Positions 10,346 to 30,877 of a DNA stretch of 64,000 bases are shown here, one piece after another. Positions within the stretch are counted from its first letter, which is position 1. Each line of letters begins with the position of its first letter. Position numbers and translations under genes: made by a program. The notes beneath the pieces were generated by a model, which saw only the letters and a list, made by a program, of their open reading frames with translations, was not told the origin of the DNA and did no database searches. The DNA is from Antechinus flavipes (Eukaryota), in NCBI RefSeq assembly GCF_016432865.1, contig NC_067400.1, forward strand, positions 612,436,001 through 612,500,000, given 5' to 3'.

Positions 10346-13300
10346 TTTCTGAAACCTGATTTGAAATACAAATCTGACCCCAGGCCCAGCATTCTAGCCA
10401 GTGGCCGCCCCATTCTTTGGACATCATCCTCCACTTTCTCCTCCTTATCTCTTAGGAAGAGGTGGCTGATCCTTCTTTTTGATCTCATCCCCTTCTAACT
10501 TTTTGGGGAGATTACTGCACCCAACAGTCAGCCTTTAATCTTCATTCTCTATCTCCTTAATTCTCTTATCTCCTCACTTTCTCATTCTATTTTTAGTGGG
10601 TTTTTTGTTTGTTTGTTTTTAATATTGAATATCTGAGGCTAGATTTGAACTCAGTTCCTCCGGACTCCAGGACTAGGGCTTTATCTGCTGAGTATCGCTT
10701 CACTCTTTAACTGTTACCTGTCCACATGGGCCCCATCCTTACAAAATCTCCCATAATGCAACCGCCCCTGCTACTGTGGCTCTAGTTCCCAGCCAGATTC
10801 CTAAAGAAAGCCATTTACAATCAATGCCTCCACTTCCCCACCTCTCGGTCTGCTGAAGCCTCGGCATCCAGCCTCCAGAGCGCCCAGGGATCTATCGGAC
10901 AAGCCCAACGGCCTTTCCTCAAGCCTTCTCCTTCACTTCTCCCAGACGGATTTTGGTTTTGCGCACTCAAGGCTCTTCTGGACTCTCCTTCTCCACGTCA
11001 GATCCCTCCTGTCTCGCTGCCTCTTCACCGGGCCCACTAAGGGAGGGTCGTGCTCCAAGCTCTTCTCCAGCTGTGCTCTCTCACTCAGTGCTCACGGACT
11101 CCTGGAGAGCTGACTCTCTAGGCAGCTGACTCGCAGGTCCATTTACCCAGCGGTCACCTCCCTGCTGGGCTCCAGTTTTGCGCTGCTGACTGCTTTTTGG
11201 ACTGGGGCATCTCAGAGGGAAGTGTCCAAGACAGAGCTTTCTTCCCAGACCCTGTTCCCGACCACTGCCCTTCCAGCCCCTCGGCTTGCAACCCAGGTAT
11301 GTTATTCCTCCATGCCTTGTCATTTCCTTGTGCACGACGTCCCCATTGTCTCTCTCCACTCCCATTGCTAGTACCCCTGGACCTCCCACTCCTGCTTCTA
11401 AGCCTTTGCCCCGTGTCCCAATGCTCTGTTCATCTCCACCTGTAGAATCCCAGGAGTCCTTCAATATTTGGTTAAGGGCTGCTTCTCTAAGGAGACCTTC
11501 CCTGGGCCTTCCATGTGTCAGGAAGATTATCTTGTGTCCTCTTTTTTCTCTCCCTACTTCCTTCCCCTCCCCCCATATCTTCTGTCAATATGTTGCTTTC
11601 TTTACCTTCCTCTTTGTCTTTTCATCTCCTCTTTCTTCTATCCATCTTTTTGCATGCCCTTNNNNNNNNNNNNNNNNNNNNNNNNNNNNNNNNNNNNNNN
11701 NNNNNNNNNNNNNNNNNNNNNNNNNNNNNNNNNNNNNNNNNNNNNNNNNNNNNNNNNNNNNNNNNNNNNNNNNNNNNNNNNNNNNNNNNNNNNNNNNNNN
11801 NNNNNNNNNNNNNNNNNNNNNNNNNNNNNNNNNNNNNNNNNNNNNNNNNNNNNNNNNNNNNNNNNNNNNNNNNNNNNNNNNNNNNNNNNNNNNNNNNNNN
11901 NNNNNNNNNNNNNNNNNNNNNNNNNNNNNNNNNNNNNNNNNNNNNTTCCTCCTCCTCTTCTCCCCCTCTCTTCACCTCGCTTCTATCAATGTCTCTTTCC
12001 CTCTCTCTCTCCTTTTTCTCCACTGTTCACTTGTATGTCTTCTCTCTTTTTCTACCTTTGTCCCTCTCTGTGTGTCTCCTGTCTGTATATCTCTTCCCTC
12101 TCTGATTCTCTTCCTCCCATATATATATATGTGTGTGTATACACACATACGTACACATTATAGTCTTTTTCCTAGACTTTTTTATTTTATTTTTAATTTA
12201 TGGAATAAAAGAAGCATTTCCATAACAGAGTACAATAAAATATGTTTACACATGAAACTGCAAATCTATTGTGCTATAGATATATCAAGAAAAAGAGCCG
12301 GGCAGAAGCAGGCTGGCATATACGTGCCTGTATGTGCAGTGTGTGTGTATGTATGCATATAGACATTTGTATATTTCTGACCTTATCATTCAGTGCAAAC
12401 TGTCGCCTGCAGAACTAGCGCAGATCTCTTCCTCGACAAATCGAGGCCTTTTCGAAATGGGCCCTTTTTGGCGCGTGCTGTCTCCCTCACTTGAATGGAA
12501 GCTCCTTGAAGGCAAGAGCTGCTTTTGCTTTCTCTCCATCTCCTCAGTCCTTGGCCACTAGCAAACACAATAAATACTCAATTGATCGTTCGGTGATCTT
12601 TCAGGTCCTCTCTAGGGCTAACACTCTGCAGACACCTCCCTCCGGAAGATCGAAGACCTTATCATGGACCTGAGCCAGCCCCTCATTTTACAGAGGGGGG
12701 GTCAGAGAAAGAACGTGATCTGCCTTAAATCATGCCGGAAAGAGAGAGTGGCCGAGGGAGGATTTGAACCCACAACCCCATTCTCTTCTCCCTACACTGT
12801 GTTACATTTATACCTTCACCTGTTCCTCGGGTCTGCGGTGTTTCTGATTTTCCCTAAACAAAGGCTGGGAGCCGGTGACTCTAGGATTCATCCATCCATC
12901 AGTCTGTCTCCTCACTAATTCTGGGAGGGGGGAATCCAGATCCACGTTTTCTCTAGATGGGATCTGCTAATTCACGTCTCAGATCCTAGGAGCACAGAGC
13001 CCGATCCCTGTAGCCATTGACTCCAACCCCATTAGATCCAGGAAATGGAGGCGCAGAGAAGTGGCGCTTTGGCCAGAAAGGGCCCGGGTGGGATTTGAAC
13101 CTGGACAAATCCTTTACTTCCGGCCTCGAGCTCTCTCTACTACCCTGTGCTGATCCGCAGCTCATCTGGCACTGCTCCGCCTGTCCGGGGTAACACAGCT
13201 AGCCTGGATCAGAAGAAGGCTCCAGGCGGCGAGTTCTCAGAATTATTTGTTCTCAAAAATGAGAAAATTTTCACTCATGTAAAATAAGTTCTAACAGCAC

Positions 13301-13537
13301 TTGACCTTTCTCTCATGGGGTCGGAGCAGGGAAAGAGTGCTTTGGAATAATAGACCGAGTACCAGCTTTGGCATTAGGAGGATCCGGGTTCAAATTCTGC
13401 CTCTTTCTAAGTCTTAGTTTCCTTTTTTGTATAATAAGAAGGTTGGATTAGATAGCCTCTAGGATCTTTCCCCACTCTAAATTGGTGACTGTAATATAGT
13501 AGACTAGGAATGGCTTATATTAATAATAATCATCTCC

Positions 13538-13675
13538 GGGCAGCTGGTGCAGTGGTTAGAGCACCAGCCCTGAAGTCAGGAAGATATGAGTTCGAATATG
13601 ACCTCAGACATTTAACACTGCCTCGCTGTGTGACCCTGGGCAAGTCACTTAATCCCAATTGCTTCAGCAAAAATA
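13538..13675 (+). mobile_element. WSINE1-like short SINE
   Basis: gggcagctggtgcagtgg...gagttcgaat...gctgtgtgaccctgggcaagtcacttaatcccaattgc plus A-rich tail. Confidence 0.85.
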
Positions 13676-13809
13676 AATAATGATGATCATAATCTCAATT
13701 TACACAACGCTTTTTACGAATATTATTTGTCCTCACAACCACCCCAGAGGTAAGTGCTATTGGTATCCCCATTTTACAGGTGAGGAAACTGAGGCAGACA
13801 GAGTGAAGC

Positions 13810-14250
13810 GGGAAGTGCCGGAGGCCGGGGTACTCAGGGCTCGCTCGGGGTGGGATCAGGGTCTCCCCGCTTGGGGCTGGTAGCTCAGCCTTCAGTTCCC
13901 TTCTGGTTTGATTTCTCGGAAGGGCGGGAAGGGAGCTCAGCGCCGGCACTGTCCAGCAGAGGGCAGCCTGGAGCCGCGTTTCTCGCCGCGGCCGGACTCG
14001 CGCAGCAAACCTCCCGGAGGCTGAAGTCCCTCCCCCCGCTCCCCTCCCCCCGTGCCCCACCCCGTAATAGGGAGGGCTCCGGGATGGCTTCTGTCCAGAG
14101 GCTGGAGCTGAGGAAGGAGTGACGTTTATCTCAGCGGTCCCTCAGGCGTACAATGCGCTTTTCAGTTTGGGAAGCACTTTCGGAAACTTTATCTAGAGGG
14201 GCGCTCTGGGGTCCGGGGTCCCCCCGGGGCGACCCAGGCCACTGCTCCTC
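13810..14250 (+). promoter_or_regulatory. CpG-rich region upstream of LGI4 (probable promoter)
   Basis: Local CpG enrichment 0.6-1 kb upstream of the LGI4 ATG. Confidence 0.45.
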
Positions 14251-14872
14251 CCGTCCCCTCTCACACACAACCTCACCCCTCCTTTTCTGAGACTGAAGCT
14301 CCTGGTCCTCTGCGCCCACCCCGCCCCACCCAGCCCCCCAGCCCCCCAGCCCCCCAGCCCCCCAGCCCTCCTGCCCGGCCCTCCTTTGGTGCCCTTTCTT
14401 CCTGCTTGGGGGGGGGAGGCTTGGGGTCCATTCTGTCCCCTCCCTGGAGGCGGTGTCTTTCCTAATGGTCTCTGACCCTCCCCCCTCCAACATCCTCTCC
14501 CCCCTCACCCCGCCACCCCTCAACTCCGGCCTGAGTCTCTTTCCCAACCCCCCCAGGGAGAAAGGGACTGGAGGAGGGAGCTAGTGACAGACAGGGACCA
14601 GAGACAGAAGGCTCGGGAGGCAAAGGAGAGGCCCAGACAAAGGCAGCCAGAGAGGGAGGCGGCAGGGGACTGGGAGATAGCGCTGCCCTGGGCAGGAGGA
14701 GGCAGGGGCCGAGGCCGGAGGACAGGGGGGCACGCCGAGGCGAGGGCAGGGCCCACAGGCCGGGGGCCCCAGGGAGCCGGCCAGACAGGCCTGGGCTGGA
14801 AGGTGGAGGAAAGGAGGCACCGACACAGACCCGGACCAGCCTGGGCCACCAGCCCAGGCTTGCGGAGACACC

Positions 14873-23945
<9,073 letters not shown>

Positions 23946-26672
23946 ACAGGGAGGAATGGAGGCCCCCACTCCTTCTCCCATGAGCCCAGAAGGGCTGGGA
24001 AACTTGTGACTGCATCTCGACATGGAAGGAGCCCGGTGCTGGGAGATCAGGAGACTTAGGGTCACTCTGCCACAACTAATTTACTGAGAAAGTCCAGTCT
24101 CTTATTTGTTCTAAGTTTCCTTTCTTGGAAAAAGGAAGGGGATTGGATTGGTGACCTTTAAGGACCCCTCAGTTCTAGCATCCTGTGAGTCTTTGAAGGT
24201 TGGGTGAGGATGGGCCTGAGGAGACACTCCTTGGAGGAGTTAGTATGGCACAATGGAAACTGTGTTTAAAGAAGTCTTGGGTTCCATTCTTTGCTCCACT
24301 TCATCTATGAAATGGGTTGATGGCACCAGAGAGTTGGCCTGGATAATCCCAAAGGACCCCTCCAGCTTTTAACTCCTATGACCTAGAAGTCTATTGGGAC
24401 CGTCCCACCGAACCCTCAGATTCTGAGACCGTGTCCAGACAATGCCCCTGACCCTCCTGGCCACTGAGGGGACTTACCTTCTGAGAAACCACATATTGAG
24501 CCAGAGAATCCCAATCATCGGAAAGCTGCCCCTGACATGGCGGCAACGGGGTAGCAGAGAAATGGCAGCGATAGACCAGTGTGGCCAGCTCTGGGCTCGG
24601 AACTAGGAAAGCTCGGTTTGAATGTTCCTGATACTAAATTATGGGATTCTGAGCACAACATTTAATCTCTCCATGCCTCAGTTTCCAGATCTGTAAAATG
24701 AGGATTTTGTGCTCCTACCTCACAGGGGTGTTGTGAGGAAAGTGCTTTGTAAATCTTAAAGCACAGGAACCTGAGTGGTTGTTTTTACATGTGGGAAGGA
24801 TGGGGACAGAAGAGAGTACCTTGGTATACAGGCCCAGAAATGTTCCTTGTGTTTGACTAGAGGGTTGGCTGGTGTTTAGGGTCTCTAGGGCTGAAGAGAG
24901 AGGAGGGTTGTGTTTTTTGTTTTTTGCTGTGAGAGGACACTGGTAGTTTATAAGTAAGAGGGGAAAAGGAAAGGGGGGAGTTGTGTGTGCTTAAGGGGTG
25001 GGGGGGAAGGGATAGGGGTACACAGGGAAAGGGGTGGACAGCTTGTCTTGGGTGTGGAACAGTGAGGGGAGATGAAATTTTCACAAGTAGGGAAGAGGGT
25101 ATTGTGTATGAAGGGATAGTTGGGATCAGGGAACTGAAATGGTGGGGGGAGATGGAAGGAGGATGAATAAAAGGGGAAGAGGGGGTTGAGTGTGTAGGGG
25201 TGAAGGCAGGCGGGGAATGGGGAGGAAGTGAATGCGGGGAGGGGAGGAGCTGTTACATGGGATGGGAAAGGTTTGGTATGGGGGCTGCCATATGGGAAAG
25301 GATGAGAGATATGTGGGATGGAGGGTTCTGTATAGGGGAGAAGTGTTTTATGGGAAGGGGTAGGAAGAGGAGAGGGAAAGGGTATCATGTGCAAAAAGGG
25401 AGGAGATATCACGTGTGTGTTTGGAGAGCTCGGGGAGAGTGGCCAACCTGAGACACCCCATTGCTCCTCTCGTTCCTTCTGCAATCAATCCATGATCATG
25501 ACAGGATGTCACGGGACTCCTAGGAAGTTCTCCTCCCCATGCCCTCAAGGACCCCCCCAATAGAGACCTGAGCCAGGAATAGGGAAGGGTGCATATGAAA
25601 GGAAAAGGTGGGAAAAGACCGACACCATTTTGGCTGAGGAGCTACTCGGGGCCAACAGGGCCTGGCTTATATAACTGGTACTCTGGTACCCCAGGGTCTT
25701 GGGGGGAGCAGTCCAAGAAAGCAAGAAGCAGGTGACCAGGGCCCGGCATGGGAGAACCACACATATACTCCAAAGGATGGGGAGCCCTTCCTGGGAGAGG
25801 GTGTCCTTGGGGCCCTAAGAAGAGTATTCTCAAATCTGAGGAGGCAAGAAAGATCTCTCTAGGATCTTTGAGGACCCAAGAAGGGTATCTTACAGTAGAC
25901 AGGATCCTAAGGTCTTTTAGGTATGTTACTCTAGGTCCTTGATGCTTGGAGTAAGCTGTCCTGCAATGGAGGGTCTTTGAGACTCCCGGAAAAGTCCCTG
26001 AGGTCTTTGGGATTCTTGGAAGGGCATCCTGAGATTTTTAGGGCTTACGGGAAGCTAGAATAGGAGTTTTTGAGGTTTTTGAGGCTCTAAGAGAGAATAT
26101 CCTGGATCTTTGGGCTCCTGGGGAAGATATGGTGGGATTTAGGGGGCTCCTGAGGAATAAATAGCAAGGTTTGGGGCAGGCTATTCTGAGAGTCTTTGCC
26201 TAGGGGCAAGTTATTGTCAGGTTTTAGCTAAGCTTCTTTGCTGGGTTATTGGAGGACTCCTGGGGTCTGACGCTGGTAGAGATGGGCCAGCCAGGGCCCA
26301 GAATGGCCTCCGCTTTTATAAACTTGCCGTGGGGACCCCTCTTTTCAAGCGTTGTGATAGAAAGCAGAAATCAAACATCATCTTCCCAACAAAGAAATTT
26401 AAGAGAGGAGGAGTTTATGTGAACCTGAACAAAAAGGGCTCTTCTACAGCCTAGGTTTCAACCCTTTCCGCCCCCATCCACGCTGTTCTCCCTCTCACTA
26501 GACATCTTGAAGAGTTTAGAATGGCTTAATTCAAAAATACATGTAAAAAAAAATGTCCACCTGGGACCAGGGTCCCCAGAGAGATGCCGGGTCAGTGGTT
26601 GTCAGGAGTACAAAATCGTAGGTGATGTACAGGTGAGGTCAGGGGAAAAGAACAAAAAAGAGCTCTGCAGGG

Positions 26673-26710
26673 TCAGGGAGGCTGGGGCAACTCAGCAGTT
26701 ACTGCCGGGC
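26673..26710 (-). CDS. FXYD3: FXYD3 last coding exon (reading frame uncertain)
   Basis: cttctag acceptor; in-phase stop at 26673-26675; alternative out-of-phase AAC TGC TGA ending at 26692. Confidence 0.55.
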
Positions 26711-28899
26711 CTAGAAGGGTGAGGAAGAGAGGAAAGAAAGATTAGATTTTCTAGTTTCTGAGCTCATCATTTCATTTTTCCTTCTCTGTTTTTACATCTA
26801 CATTCATTTCCTCCCCATTCCAGATAAAGCCTGCTAAACTGGAAGCATTTTCCCTACCTGGTGGGATTTCTACTGGCCTGGGGCTGCAGAGAAGGACAAG
26901 GGGGTGGAGGATAGGGGAGCAGGTCACCCACAGGCCAACCCCACCCTGCTTCCTTCCAGTTTCTTCAGACAATCACCTCCCCCACATACACACCCAAATC
27001 AGAGATTTTGAAATTTGGAAGGGACCCAAGCGTTCCTTTGTTGCAACCCATCCCCAAAAGGCATCTTTGTTCTGAGCTTCCAGCCCATTGGCCTCCATTA
27101 AAAACCACTAAGGGTTAAGGCATTAGGAATTCTGGGATCCCTTCCATGCAGAGGGAATTTAAGAGGATGGGTCTGGGGGGGACAGAAAGGGGTCCTTCTC
27201 CCAGCTACCAGGATTTGGGTTCCTAACAGGGCCACGGACTCTGGGGCAGAACGGGTCAGAGGACTGGCGCTCCATCTTACTTGTGTTTCTGGCCGAATTT
27301 GCATTTGCATCTGCCACCTGCATGAGCAAGAAGAACGGAAGAAGGTGAAGGGACTTCGCCCAGGGAAAGCTCACTGCCCCCTTGGTTTCCCAGCTCCTCA
27401 CTCCTCGTTAATTCCCCAGACTCACTCATGACAACGATGATACCGGCAGCGCACAGGATGCCAGCGCAGATCAAGCCCCCCACACGTAGACTGTGATAGT
27501 CTGTGGGAGAGAGGCGTGATGGATTGGTTTCTGCCCTTGGCAAGTCTGGCCACCTCTTCCCCTTCTTCAAAGGCCAGCTCACCTTCTCCAAGAAGCCATC
27601 TTTGATTAAAAAGCTCAGGAAGGGCTCAGATGGCAACATCTACCTTGCTGTTTCATGACAGGTTGATTTGGAGGTATTCTCTCTCTGGGCCCTGTCTCGC
27701 CATCCTTCCTCAGCCCACCGCCATATTCTCTCTTTTACCACCCTCTCCAGAGGGCATTGTCCCAAGCAGCTTCCACCCCCTTCACCCCAGGACCCTGGGG
27801 AGGAAAAACCAAGGAAGCTCTTACCATAATAGAAAGGGCTGTCCTTATCTGAAGGAAAAAAGACAGAAAATGGGGTCAGGAGGGAGGCTACCTGCAACCC
27901 CAAAGAAGTTGGGGAGGGGGGTAAGCAATTGGGGGTAACTCACCAAATGGGTCATTAGCTTCCAGGACAGGCAGAGCTGTGTGACACAAAGAGAAAGAGA
28001 AAGCAGAGAGAGAGTGGGTTTCTGAAGGCAATCAGAGACAGGGGAGCTCTTGCATTTCGTTTAGTGGGTAGCTCTGGGCACAGGAGGATACCTGCCTGCT
28101 GTATCCTTCCAAAGGGGTGATGTCAGCTTGCCAGTAGTGTTAGGTATGGAGGGTGACACAGTTGTGCCTCAGAATGGGGGGCTCACTCAAACTGGCAGTA
28201 TGGGCAACGGTGTTTTATTCGTTCATTCTCCTCCTCAAGATAAGGAGGAGAGGGGGAAATGAGCCCTCTCCATCCAGTTTGAGTGGACGCCATTCATCGC
28301 TACTCTTACCCATAAGGTCCATGTGACTGCCCCCAGCACTTCAGCACCTGTCACTCAGCATCTCTTCTCTCCTGGACTTTGGATTTCCCAATCTCATTCC
28401 AGTTGCTGCTGTTCATTCCAGCATCTTAGAAGCCCTTCCTCAATAATATTAAATATATCTGATTTTGGTGGGGGGGGGCAGTGTTTTAGCCATGTTTTTT
28501 ACTTTTTCTGGGAACAAAGACTCCCAGGGGTCATTTCAGCCACCTTTTTGACTTTTTCTGGGAACAAAGACTCCCAGGAGTCATTTCAGCCACCTTTTTG
28601 TCCTTCTCTAGGTACAGAGACTTCCAGTCTTTGTATCTGGCATCTTTCTCAAAGCACAAAACTCTTCCATCTACCTCCTACTAGAAAAGTGACTGCCTTC
28701 TCTAAATGGTTTGTGGAGTGCTCCCCAGCTTGGGTTGAGGGAAATGCTAGAGGATCATGGGTGATAGCTTTGGGTTCTCATGTGTGATAGCTTTGGGTTC
28801 ATGTGAAGGAGAAGTCTATAGAAAGAAACAGATTTTCAGTCTCTGAAACTGGTACTCACCCGCCATCAGGAGTAGAATGCCCACCATTATCCCTTGCAT
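26673..28899 (-). CDS. FXYD3: FXYD3 (Mat-8); join(28860-28899,27944-27976,27825-27848,27426-27500,27281-27317,26858-26883,26673-26710)
   Basis: MQGIMVGILLLMA-ALPVLEANDPF-DKDSPFYY-DYHSLRVGGLICAGILCAAGIIVVMS-GRCKCKFGQKHN-PRPVEIPP-GPAVTAELPQPP*. Exon sizes 40/33/24/75/37 match my recollection of human FXYD3; the last two exons are less certain. Confidence 0.9.
26858..26883 (-). CDS. FXYD3: FXYD3 coding exon 6
   Basis: 26 nt, ctgcag/gtaggg; PRPVEIPP. Confidence 0.75.
27281..27317 (-). CDS. FXYD3: FXYD3 coding exon 5
   Basis: 37 nt, GRCKCKFGQKH. Confidence 0.94.
27426..27500 (-). CDS. FXYD3: FXYD3 coding exon 4 (TM helix)
   Basis: 75 nt. Confidence 0.96.
27825..27848 (-). CDS. FXYD3: FXYD3 coding exon 3
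   Basis: 24 nt, DKDSPFYY. Confidence 0.94.
27944..27976 (-). CDS. FXYD3: FXYD3 coding exon 2
   Basis: 33 nt, ALPVLEANDPF. Confidence 0.93.
28501..28600. repeat. 50-bp direct tandem duplication (1 mismatch) in an FXYD3 intron
   Basis: 28501-28550 versus 28551-28600. Confidence 0.95.
28860..28899 (-). CDS. FXYD3: FXYD3 coding exon 1 (acceptor after 28922)
   Basis: aagATGC; 40 coding nt; G|gtgagt. Confidence 0.92.
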
Positions 28900-29495
28900 C
28901 TTGGAGTTCAGTGGGTTGGACCCTGTTGAGAGGAATCTTAATGGAACATGTCCCTCTCCTTCTCTCCTTCTCTCCCTCTCCCTCCCCCACCTCCCACACA
29001 GAACCTCAAACATATGTACACAGGGGCACAAAAAGGCAGGAAAGTCTTTCTGTTGAGCCCAGGGTAGGATGATAAGAAGGGAGAGAACAGATAAAGGGGA
29101 GAATGAATGGCGCAGATAAGGGAGCTGGGGGAGGGCAGATGCTGACCAAGTCTCTCCAACAGAGAAATAGGAGAGTGGGGTTTTGTCTGCTGGAGCGATG
29201 GCGAATGGGGTAGCCGTGGGGGAGTATGAGATAGGTTTGGGTGGGGGCACTTGAAAGGGAGGAGTCCGGGGCCAGGTGGCAACATGCCCCTTTTCTGAAC
29301 GGGCTGAGGTTGCCTTCCCAGCCTGTCTCTCCCACAGACAACTTGGAGCCTTAACAGCCCATCCCTTCCACGGGCCACGGGCCAGAGCCTGGGGCTGTCC
29401 GGGCACATCTGTCTGTTCTAGGGGGAGAGGAAGGAGGTCATGGTCGTGGGCGGTAGAGCAGAGAGGACAGCTGAACCCCAGGGGGTTGAACTTAC

Positions 29496-29503
29496 CGTCA
29501 GAG
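29496..29503 (-). other. Possible short 5' UTR exon of FXYD3 (strong donor; 5' boundary uncertain)
   Basis: ACG|gtaagt donor; nearest acceptor ctccttctcag would give an 8-nt exon. Confidence 0.3.
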
Positions 29504-29849
29504 CTGAGAAGGAGCAACTCTAACTCGAGGGAATTTTGTGGATTCTGCCAACCTCCCTACAGCTCTCTGATTTCTGGGCCCTTGGAATCTTGCATTTTCC
29601 TCCTCTCTGGGCCATTTCTTATTCTATCCAAAGAGGCAGGACCCCCCTGCCTTTGGGAAATATTCCCATGGTCTCTTTCTGAAATTAGTACCGGTGTGGG
29701 GTATTTCTCCCATCCTTTCCCCCTCTTATGATGGTGTCAGCCCTGATCCCAGAGGCAGAAAGGCAATATTCTATTACTGTTGACTTTTGGGATCTCTGTG
29801 TTACTGCCAATGCTTCACGCCTCATTTGTGCTACCTCCCTGGGCTGTGG

Positions 29850-30260
29850 CCATTAAACCGTGATCAGTCCCCGAGGCTCCCTGGTACTGCCGGCGCCCTT
29901 TACTTTGAGATACGCTGTAGCCCCCGCTCCTGTTCCAGGTGATTATGAACAACATCCTCCACTTCATGCATTGCTGCGGAGTGCCGTGTTATTCCCCCCC
30001 TCACTTCCTGTTATTCCAAGGTACTCCAATAACCCTGGTCATTGCCCTGCCTCCCCTGTTATTTCACATTATTATGACACACTTCATTACTTTTTGTTAA
30101 TGATGCGATTTCCTTGTGACTTTGATAAGCTACCCTGCCCTTAATCATGTTATTACTGCATTCCTTCCTGGCCTTTATACCTGATCCCGGTTTGTGATTT
30201 AAGATCGCGGGGACCAGCGGACGTCTCAGTATCTAAATCTCAGAGGAGGTCTCCTCCATT
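29850..30260. mobile_element. Possible LTR-like insertion in the FXYD3 5' intron
   Basis: Compositionally distinct block with retained CpGs; no TG..CA ends or TSD established. Confidence 0.25.
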
Positions 30261-30800
30261 TAGTGAGCACATCGGTGCCCTTTCATTCTAACCATCCCGA
30301 GCTTTTCTTTGCCCTTCTAACAGACTGAGATGGGACTTTCCCAAACCAACGTCTCCATTACAGTCACCCTCATGCATTGGGTTACCTCCCTTACTCAAAG
30401 TGACCAATAGTACTGGCTTTTCTCCTTCATTCCTCCTTGGCCCCAGCGCCTCAGGTTCCCCTTTACTGCATTTCTCCAATACTTTACAATCCCAACGTGC
30501 TACGGGTCCCCAGGCTTGGAAAGCCTCGATTCCCAACAAATCTCTCTTCTCCAGTTCTAGTCAACTGTCTGTGGTCTACACAGAGACAGCCCTTCCCCAA
30601 ACCCACGGAGGGACGGAGGAAGGTCCCCCAACAGAGGAAGTGAGAAGAGGAGGAAAGCAGAGACGGAAGGTGGGTCAGGGGAGAGGTACAGAGACAAGGT
30701 AGAGGAAGTTATCAAGTTTGAGCTGGGCCGGGACCAAGCCAAGGCAGAGAAGACACAATTAATAAATTGAGTTAGAGTAGTGGGGGCTTCTGGAGCTCAC

Positions 30801-30848
30801 CTGGATGGCAGGACAGAGCTGGGAAGGCAAGAAGGCACCGAAGCTGCT
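30801..30848 (-). other. FXYD3: FXYD3 non-coding first exon (5' end approximate)
   Basis: CAG|gtgagc donor at 30799-30800, about 70 nt downstream of a TATA box. Confidence 0.65.
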
Positions 30849-30870
30849 GTAGCTGGGCCAGACCCAGCCT

Positions 30871-30877
30871 CTTTATA
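30871..30877 (-). promoter_or_regulatory. TATA box (TATAAAG) of FXYD3
   Basis: ctttata on + strand, positioned just upstream of the putative first exon. Confidence 0.65.

Noticed and set aside
13538-13600. tRNA-like A and B boxes (also about 59016 and 62820-62886)
   Set aside because: These are SINE heads continuing into the CORE and A-tail; no cloverleaf.
24948-25484. 178-aa Pro/Ser-rich minus-strand ORF between LGI4 and FXYD3
   Set aside because: G-rich low-complexity tract with strand bias; no exon structure.
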